From NCBI GenBank assembly GCA_020241865.1, contig GCA_020241865.1_4709.1: a stretch of 64,000 bases of DNA. The stretch is one strand, 5' to 3'. Under the pieces are notes generated by a model. The model did no database searches. It saw only the letters and a program-made list of their open reading frames with translations, and was not told the DNA's origin. This document shows, piece by piece, positions 57,513-64,000 of this stretch (position 1 is its first letter; every line of letters begins with the position of its first letter). This DNA is from a phage. Made by a program: the position numbers and the translations under genes.

Positions 57513-57914
57513 TTAAATGTCGTGGACGGCAATGCCGTTTAACCAGCAATACAGCTTAACGCGACAGGAATACCGCTTCGTTGCGGCAACCATTTCATCG
57601 CGTAAACGCTGGTATATTTCATCCTGGTGTTCACGATCAATGGGGTAATCAGCCCAACATTCGATCATGACGTCACCATTCGTCAGAATCGTCGTACGCA
57701 TCCTGTCCTGGATACGGCGGTCTTTCCCGGCATTAGGGAAATACATTCCTTCAGTACGAATAAGGTCGCCGCAAGGCATGACTAACCATTCGTTCGTTTT
57801 GCCGGTATTCTTATAATCCATTACAGCTTGCATTGCGGTGTCAACGCTAAAAGAAACATAATTCCAAACGGATGTCCAACGATAGATTGCGGGTTGTTCG
57901 AGTGTTTCGTTCAT
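57513..57914 (-). CDS. small hypothetical protein (133 aa)
   Basis: ORF track; ATG 57914 with AGGAAAAG upstream. Confidence 0.8.
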   Translation of the reverse strand: MNETLEQPAIYRWTSVWNYVSFSVDTAMQAVMDYKNTGKTNEWLVMPCGDLIRTEGMYFPNAGKDRRIQDRMRTTILTNGDVMIECWADYPIDREHQDEIYQRLRDEMVAATKRYSCRVKLYCWLNGIAVHDI

Positions 57915-57968
57915 GGAGTGCTTTTCCTATTTTTATTTTCTGCACAGGATAAATTCAACGGCATAAAG

Positions 57969-58000
57969 CCCTTCCCTGCCCTTATATGGGGCGGGAAGAG
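57969..58000 (-). terminator. GC-rich stem-loop CCCTTCCC...GGGAAGAG (family relative) with CATAAA/TTTATG flanks
   Basis: Imperfect inverted repeat in 214-bp spacer between stop 58129 and start 57914. Confidence 0.5.
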
Positions 58001-58128
58001 TTTATGACCGCAATGAGAATCTCTCACGACAAGCTCACGACGATTATCGCATCACCCCGCGAGTGAGGGAGATCAGGATCACCTCCTACGTCGTAACGAC
58101 AGTAATCCCGTTAACGTCGCCTTAGGCA

Positions 58129-58755
58129 TTATGCGAAGCGACGCATGTAACCTGCCAGATAGTTACGTGTATCGAAGTAAGCAATTTCAGGAATTGCGAT
58201 ATTAAGGTCGATAGCACGGATTTCAACCTGGCGACGGCTTTCATCATAGATCGCATCCATCAGACGCAGTACTGTCAGGAAAGCCATGCGGGTATGGTAG
58301 TCCAGCGGCATGTTATCGATGCCACGATACAGATAACGGTTTGCATTAAATGCTCCTTCGCTGTTATCTTTCCAGATCTTCAGAATATCAGCAAAGGCGG
58401 TGCGGAAAACCTCAGGATTATCCACATCCAGTAACGCACGGAAGGCAGACATTAAAGACCGCTGATGGCGGATCAACGACTGCGGTGTTTGCGGCATGGT
58501 CGGACCCATTTCTTCCGCATATTTCTGGAACGGGGCAACCAGGGTTGCGGCACGAGAAGCCACGATAGAAACAGCAGGCGATTCTTTCACCGCTGGTTTC
58601 GCAGGCTTTTCTTCAACAACGGTTTCCTTCTTCTCAACAGCGACCGTTTCCGGCTGTGCTACAACATCACCAACCGGAGCATCTGCAACGGTGGTTTCTA
58701 CCGCAGTAATCTCCTCGTCCATTTTTGCAGAACGTTGGTCTTTATTCTTGCTCAT
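58129..58755 (-). CDS. highly expressed small protein (208 aa) with charged, proline/valine-rich N-terminal segment
   Basis: ORF track; ATG 58755 with AAAGGA upstream; host-like codon choice and two stop-free antisense frames. Confidence 0.85.
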   Translation of the reverse strand: MSKNKDQRSAKMDEEITAVETTVADAPVGDVVAQPETVAVEKKETVVEEKPAKPAVKESPAVSIVASRAATLVAPFQKYAEEMGPTMPQTPQSLIRHQRSLMSAFRALLDVDNPEVFRTAFADILKIWKDNSEGAFNANRYLYRGIDNMPLDYHTRMAFLTVLRLMDAIYDESRRQVEIRAIDLNIAIPEIAYFDTRNYLAGYMRRFA

Positions 58756-58780
58756 GTTTATTTCCTTTCATTTAACAAGG

Positions 58781-60082
58781 TTAACTAATATAAAGTTCGG
58801 GATCGTAAGGCGCTAACGATACACTGGCGTTATGCATTGCTTTCATCATAGTGTTCATGAAAACGTTGTTTACACCGGTGATCTCTGCCCCGATCGCGTC
58901 TGGGGTTGGAGCCATCGCGTTACCGCAACAGGTAGCACAGTATTCCAGTGGGCCTGCTTTACAACGTTGAGGATCACGTAACTTGATGGTCTGTCCTTCC
59001 AAGGAAGCAAGTAATTCAGCATCAATAAGTTTAAGCGCTGCGCCGTCGATCATGTAACGGCCGACAAGCAGCTTATCTTTGATATGATCGCGGTTTACCG
59101 TGAACAGAATATGTTCGTGGGTACCACAGTCGTCCATCGTGATTTTAAGGTTCTGTGTCGCACGTTGTGATTCTTTCGCCGTCTGTCCCGCTAAAGCGGT
59201 CAGTGCGCCACGTGAGAACGAACCTGCACGTGCGCTGTTGTTGTACTCCGCCCAATGGTCGACACGCATCCCTTCAGCCAGGCTGTGTGTGATAACGTTA
59301 CGTTTACCAGGGTCAACGAAGTCGGCTTCAACCCCCATCATGATGTGCGTTTTCTTTCGAGTATTACCGAAACTCTTACCGGGGTTAATATAGAACCCTT
59401 CCGATTCATCACCCTTAAAGGATTCCTTATCCATTTTGGTCAGCGTGGCTTCGAGTTTGATCAGTTCTTCAGGCGTGAACTTACCTTCCTCTTGTAAGCG
59501 TGCTAACTCTTTATCGCGATAGGCAATAATATCATCATCGACCGTTAACGCTTTATCACTCATTGATGGAACAATTAAACGGTTGATAGCGGTTAACGCA
59601 CTAATATTGTTGGTGAATTTCTTCACTTCGCTTGCGTACAACGGACCAATTGGACGTTCGTTAGGATCGGGTATTCCCTCTTCAGGATCGTCAGCGACGC
59701 GTGGCGCAATCAGTGACTCCAGTGTACCGCTGGTCAACCGTCCTGCCTGGTATTCAATCTGAATACCGAAAGCATCATAAAGGACGTACATATTGAACAA
59801 CGCTTCACCGAAGGTTGTGGTGGTTGTATTCTTAACCGACGGTAGATCACCAGGTGCAAGCTCCAATGGCTCCCAGAAACTCAACAGGGGTTTTGTTGGC
59901 TCGGTTTCCCATTGGTGTTCTTCACCGTCGATGGTAACCGTAACGACGTTACCTTGACGACGTAATTTAGGCTGATACTTCTCAGCGCCGCCTTCCGTAA
60001 AAGCAAATGCGTCGTTAATCCATTCAAGATAACGGTAGTGCCCTTCACGCATCGCGTAAAGGAAATATTCACGAGGTGTCAT
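58781..60082 (-). CDS. hypothetical protein (433 aa)
   Basis: ORF track; ATG 60082 with AAGGAG upstream. Confidence 0.85.
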   Translation of the reverse strand: MTPREYFLYAMREGHYRYLEWINDAFAFTEGGAEKYQPKLRRQGNVVTVTIDGEEHQWETEPTKPLLSFWEPLELAPGDLPSVKNTTTTTFGEALFNMYVLYDAFGIQIEYQAGRLTSGTLESLIAPRVADDPEEGIPDPNERPIGPLYASEVKKFTNNISALTAINRLIVPSMSDKALTVDDDIIAYRDKELARLQEEGKFTPEELIKLEATLTKMDKESFKGDESEGFYINPGKSFGNTRKKTHIMMGVEADFVDPGKRNVITHSLAEGMRVDHWAEYNNSARAGSFSRGALTALAGQTAKESQRATQNLKITMDDCGTHEHILFTVNRDHIKDKLLVGRYMIDGAALKLIDAELLASLEGQTIKLRDPQRCKAGPLEYCATCCGNAMAPTPDAIGAEITGVNNVFMNTMMKAMHNASVSLAPYDPELYIS

Positions 60083-60095
60083 GTAACAACTCCTT

Positions 60096-60968
60096 TTAAA
60101 CCCGGGTCAGGTCACCGTGACATGAAACGAACTCTGATAACGCTCGGGTTGCTTCTTTGGATTCTTCAGCCATCGGGAAGTTTGCGGTAATAAGTTCTCG
60201 TAAGACAGGGACGAGTTCATTATCTTCGAGATCGGAAGCTAAGGCGAATGCAATCAGTTCTTGGGTGTATGCATACGGTTGCTGACGTAATGCAGTAAGC
60301 TGATCCCGACACTGCGACATTAGCAGGTCCAGTGGAACCGCTATCGTACCCCCTTCATCAATATACTGGCTGAACACTGGTGGGAACGCATCGCTGATGA
60401 CACGAATACGTCGACGAATATGATCCGGAATCTGGACGTTTTCTTCATCGACGACGTTTTCGCTATCTTTCTCCAGCTTCTTGGTCAGTACCTCTTGAAT
60501 GCGTGGAAGTAAGCTTGAATGCACGAAACCGATTAATGGGGTTACGTTAACAGCATCGACACCGTAAATATAATGCGCGCATTCCGCTAGCGCTTCAGCT
60601 GCGGTGTAGTCTTCATCTTCAACGATAGCGAGTAGAAAAGCGGTATCGTCGTGTGTTTCCAGGTCTAATAACGTAGACGCTAGCGCATGAAGATATTTCA
60701 GGCTATCCAGAGTTAGCTGCCCTTCGTTAATTCGGATCCCGAAGGCAAGCAATTGTTGTTTATAAAGTTCGATACATCCGTTTGTTAAAATGATGTCTAA
60801 TTCGTTTAAATCGTATTGTTCCCCAGCACCTGACAACATCGTACTGCAGAACGTTTCCAGTTGTTCACATTTAAAATCTTGGTATAAACGATGTATGCAG
60901 TGCTGTAACAGCGTACGCCTTGTTTCAGGGATCTTACCTTCTAACAAAGCCAAGACGGAATCAATCAT
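60096..60968 (-). CDS. hypothetical protein (about 290 aa)
   Basis: Track start 60974 is GTG; ATG 60968 has GGAG 5 nt upstream. Confidence 0.8.
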   Translation of the reverse strand: MIDSVLALLEGKIPETRRTLLQHCIHRLYQDFKCEQLETFCSTMLSGAGEQYDLNELDIILTNGCIELYKQQLLAFGIRINEGQLTLDSLKYLHALASTLLDLETHDDTAFLLAIVEDEDYTAAEALAECAHYIYGVDAVNVTPLIGFVHSSLLPRIQEVLTKKLEKDSENVVDEENVQIPDHIRRRIRVISDAFPPVFSQYIDEGGTIAVPLDLLMSQCRDQLTALRQQPYAYTQELIAFALASDLEDNELVPVLRELITANFPMAEESKEATRALSEFVSCHGDLTRV

Positions 60969-61064
60969 ATCCACTCCGATGCGGTAAATGTCTACTAGCT
61001 CTCATAATCTATTGAAGAAACTACCAGCTTACGCCAACTTAGATTAATCAGGAGTAACCATCCC

Positions 61065-61538
61065 ATGCCAGTTTCATCCAAACCAAGAAAAAAATCTGTA
61101 GGAAACCCTAAAGCTCAGGAAACAACAGCAATTCGTTGGGACGAGTTACGTGAACCTATCGAAAACTGCGAATTGTTATTAGGTACCCTGGGTGCAGCTA
61201 TTTACCAAGCGACGCAACCCTGTCGTTTACGATTAACCCAAAACAAACGTGATGAGTTCGTTGCGTTATCAACAAGCACGAATAAAGATCTGACCGAACT
61301 TCAAACCGAGTTGACGACGATCAAGAACTCCATCACGCCGATGTACGGTAAAGAAGTTGATGAACAAAGTATTCTGTTACAGTACAACTACGGGATGTCG
61401 TTAATGAACATCCTGGAACGCGCATCCGATATTCTGCGTCCTGACGTTGCACGCCTAAGCCAGCTGCGTGTCGAAGGGATGGAGAACCAGATCCGATTCG
61501 CTAACAGTGTTAAATCTCAAGGAGCCACCGAAGCATGA
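61065..61538 (+). CDS. hypothetical protein (157 aa), first gene of plus-strand operon
   Basis: ORF track; ATG 61065 with AGGAG upstream; stop overlaps next start (ATGA). Confidence 0.8.
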   Translation: MPVSSKPRKKSVGNPKAQETTAIRWDELREPIENCELLLGTLGAAIYQATQPCRLRLTQNKRDEFVALSTSTNKDLTELQTELTTIKNSITPMYGKEVDEQSILLQYNYGMSLMNILERASDILRPDVARLSQLRVEGMENQIRFANSVKSQGATEA

Positions 61539-63199
61539 GCGAACAAGAAAAAGAAGTCGTGACGAATCAGGAAGCCGTTGAGCGTTCAGAGTCGTCCGTT
61601 GAAACAACGATTCCGGCAAGTTCCGAGCCTGTTGGTTCCACACAGCAGGAAAGTAAAGACGAAGTAGTGGCTCCAGAAGCAACCCGTGAAGAAGAACCAT
61701 CACATCCACCGCTGGTCGATTTCTCGAAGGCAACGATACGTTTCCAATGCGAAGACATTCGTCCTAAGAGTCCGAAGAAAACAAAACGTCAGCCGTTGGT
61801 GTTACCGCTGTATTCTCCACGTGTGCAGACAACGTATTACCGGGAATACATCAACGAAGCAATGGATACCGTGCAAGCCATTGTCGCTCAACGCGGTAAA
61901 CCGACAGACGAACAATTTGATAAATTCAGTAAAGCGGTGGTGCAATCGGTTGCTGATGGACAATATCATCCGCGTGGCCCAGCTCACGATCGCGCCTTGG
62001 AACGTAAGGGCAGTCAGTGGACTAACGTACCCGTAGACTCATCGGGTGTTGGTCGCGTTATTCCTGGCATTCCACAACCGAACCGTATCCCTGATGATGT
62101 CGAAGCGCCGCTGACAGGAACCGATGCGATCTATTTTGCCATCCGTAATACGAAATCAGGTGCGCCTGCGGTAATGCCGTTATGGCATAGCGGTATTAAG
62201 CTGCAGTTTAATCCGCCGTCAAATGAACGTGTTGCAATTATGCACGAACGTATTGCACGCGATAAAATCCTGGGTGGACGTGATAGTACCGGTTTCCTGT
62301 TTTCAGCAACCTCGATTATCACCATGAAGCACGCTATCGAATTAGCATTAGAATGCTGCTACATGGCCAACGTACCGAACCTGGATATCCAGCGTTTGAA
62401 AGACATTATTCCGGTTACCGATGTTCCAGCGTTATTGCTGAACGTGCTGGTAACCATGTACCCGTACGGATATCCTTACGTACAGACCTGCTATCAGAAT
62501 CCAGAAACCTGCGACTATCGTGTTGAAGATACCGTAAGCTTTGCGAAACTCTATCAAGTTGACAACAGCGCGATAACCAAACGTATGCGACAGATCATGA
62601 CCGAAGGTCCGGTCATGACGGATGAACTTTTGCGTGAGTATGCAAACGAACTGGGTGAAACAAACTCCCGTACGCTGGATCTGTCCGACAACGGTTCTGT
62701 TATCATTGAACTTGAAGTACCGAAGATTTCACGTCAGATCGCCATGGGCGAACGCTGGTTAAGCGATACCCTGGAAGATCTGCGTGATATTCTATCGCGT
62801 CCGTCAATGACCGAAGAAGAGCGTGATCGTGTTATTCGTGAACGTCAGTTCTATAGCTGGATGCGTCAGTATGATGCGTGGATCAAATCGATGCACGTGT
62901 CAGTAAACGGTACCATGCGTCGTGTAAGCGATGCAGATACGGCAACGGTATTAGCACAGCTGTCACGAGACAGCGACCTTCGTGAACGTTATATTGACGG
63001 GTTGATGCAATTCATCGGTGATTCGACGATTGCGCTCGCAGCGATGCCTGCCTGGAAATGTCCGAAATGTAATGCCGATATTGCTGACAATCTGCGTGAC
63101 CAGAAATACTACGATCTGATTGCTTTGGATGTACCCCAGCTTTTTTTTACCCTAAACTCCGTCCAATCTCTTCAGGAGGGGATGGACGCGGTATTCTAA
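61535..63199 (+). CDS. hypothetical protein (554 aa) with C-terminal CPKC zinc-ribbon-like motif
   Basis: ORF track; ATG 61535 with AAGGAG about 10 nt upstream. Confidence 0.85.
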   Translation: MSEQEKEVVTNQEAVERSESSVETTIPASSEPVGSTQQESKDEVVAPEATREEEPSHPPLVDFSKATIRFQCEDIRPKSPKKTKRQPLVLPLYSPRVQTTYYREYINEAMDTVQAIVAQRGKPTDEQFDKFSKAVVQSVADGQYHPRGPAHDRALERKGSQWTNVPVDSSGVGRVIPGIPQPNRIPDDVEAPLTGTDAIYFAIRNTKSGAPAVMPLWHSGIKLQFNPPSNERVAIMHERIARDKILGGRDSTGFLFSATSIITMKHAIELALECCYMANVPNLDIQRLKDIIPVTDVPALLLNVLVTMYPYGYPYVQTCYQNPETCDYRVEDTVSFAKLYQVDNSAITKRMRQIMTEGPVMTDELLREYANELGETNSRTLDLSDNGSVIIELEVPKISRQIAMGERWLSDTLEDLRDILSRPSMTEEERDRVIRERQFYSWMRQYDAWIKSMHVSVNGTMRRVSDADTATVLAQLSRDSDLRERYIDGLMQFIGDSTIALAAMPAWKCPKCNADIADNLRDQKYYDLIALDVPQLFFTLNSVQSLQEGMDAVF

Positions 63200-63261
63200 T
63201 CGATCCGCGATACGGGTTACATGACGGACAACTTGTTCGTAATGATGAAAAAATCTGGGAA

Positions 63262-63621
63262 TTGCTGTTAGCGCGTAAAGGCGATGGTGGCATGAAGCTG
63301 AACATCGAAATGGGTATTGCGTACGATACCATGTTTGGCTTGTACGATCGTGTTAACGACTGGACGCCGTTGAAATGGGTGGCTCAGCACCCCGCTGAAG
63401 ATCCCTGGGACAGATTGGGGATTAAACCCTTAATCGAAGATTATGTCCGATTCGGTATTAAAGAGTTCATGACGTTGGATGCGTTTTTACAAGCACCGTA
63501 TCCTTACGCGCAAATGGTACTCAAAATCGCACAAGACGAACTGCGGAAACGTAGTGCGGTACTGGACGACGATGAGGACAAGTTACGACGAGAAGAAGAA
63601 CGTTTACGAAACGGAAAATAA
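63262..63621 (+). CDS. hypothetical protein (119 aa; start uncertain, alternative ATG 63292)
   Basis: ORF track start is TTG; stop 1 nt before next ATG. Confidence 0.55.
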   Translation: MLLARKGDGGMKLNIEMGIAYDTMFGLYDRVNDWTPLKWVAQHPAEDPWDRLGIKPLIEDYVRFGIKEFMTLDAFLQAPYPYAQMVLKIAQDELRKRSAVLDDDEDKLRREEERLRNGK

Positions 63622-63622
63622 A

Positions 63623-64000
63623 ATGGCGAGATTTACCAGTTTGATTGGGTTGGATATTTGGGAAACACCGGCTGACGTTCGGGTTATTCCTGTTAACACC
63701 GTCGGTGTGATGGGACGTGGTCTTGCCAAACAGGCAGCCGATCGTGTACCCGGTCTTCTTGAAGCGTACCGTAAGCAATGTCAAGATGGGTTTAAGGTGG
63801 GCGAAGTCGTGTCGTATCAACACGGTGATAACGATCAACTCACCTACGTGTTGTTTCCATCAAAATCGGATTGGCGTGAAAGAACACGACGCGAGTATAT
63901 CGTTAACGGTTTACTGGCGTTAAAAGCATGGTTACTGGAGCTTCAGTTCGAAAGAGACGGCTTCTCATATCGGCGTCCGGCTGAACCGCTGATCGTTGCA
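63623..64000 (+). CDS. macrodomain protein candidate (TARG1/DarG-like ADP-ribose-binding or -removing fold), partial, runs off window end
   Basis: Stop-free frame from ATG 63623 to window end (not in ORF track); translated start MARFTSLIGLDIWETPADVRVIPVNTVGVMGRGLAKQAADRVPGL has the N-x-V-G-x-M-G-x-G-[IL]-A signature I associate with TARG1/DarG-type macrodomains. Confidence 0.6.
   Translation, partial: MARFTSLIGLDIWETPADVRVIPVNTVGVMGRGLAKQAADRVPGLLEAYRKQCQDGFKVGEVVSYQHGDNDQLTYVLFPSKSDWRERTRREYIVNGLLALKAWLLELQFERDGFSYRRPAEPLIVA

Noticed and set aside
58781-60082. RNA polymerase beta/beta-prime fragment among large proteins (for example GVEADFVDPG in 58781-60082)
   Set aside because: No NADFDGD, GEME or other diagnostic RNAP motif found in any ORF in the window; the resemblance is too weak.
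1-64000. tRNA genes, CRISPR arrays, integrase or transposase genes, homing endonucleases
   Set aside because: No cloverleaf-compatible T-loop (GTTCRANYC) seen in the longer spacers, no repeat-spacer arrays, no HNH/GIY-YIG/DDE motifs noticed; this was a by-eye scan, so small RNAs could be missed.

Overview
Dense two-stranded coding window (about 54 protein-coding genes, very little non-coding DNA) that looks like part of a large virulent tailed phage (jumbo-phage-like, inference). Evidence: many very large ORFs (up to 1197 aa), tandem paralog families, short intergenic spacers punctuated by a recurring GC-rich stem-loop. I could recognise no rRNA, tRNA, CRISPR array, integrase or transposase by eye. 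Strand blocks: minus <1-1837; plus 1865-4774; minus 4863-14392; plus 14432-16042; minus 16118-37388; plus 37423-41625; minus 41688-49916; plus 50138-51889; minus 51976-60968; plus 61065->64000. Few functions are recognisable: a family-B DNA polymerase fragment (exonuclease motifs plus motif A only), a DnaB-like helicase homolog with an atypical P-loop, a membrane HEXXH metallopeptidase candidate, a TARG1/DarG-like macrodomain truncated at the right edge, and three strongly codon-biased genes including a 740-aa major-capsid-sized protein. Most exciting candidates: the macrodomain operon at the right edge (possible anti-ADP-ribosylation counter-defence), the island of small diverged genes at 51976-57914, and the conserved stem-loop and promoter-like motif families. 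All homology statements are motif-level readings by eye and need database or structure confirmation. Several track ORF starts are non-ATG or overlap neighbours; I moved them to the nearest ATG with a Shine-Dalgarno sequence.
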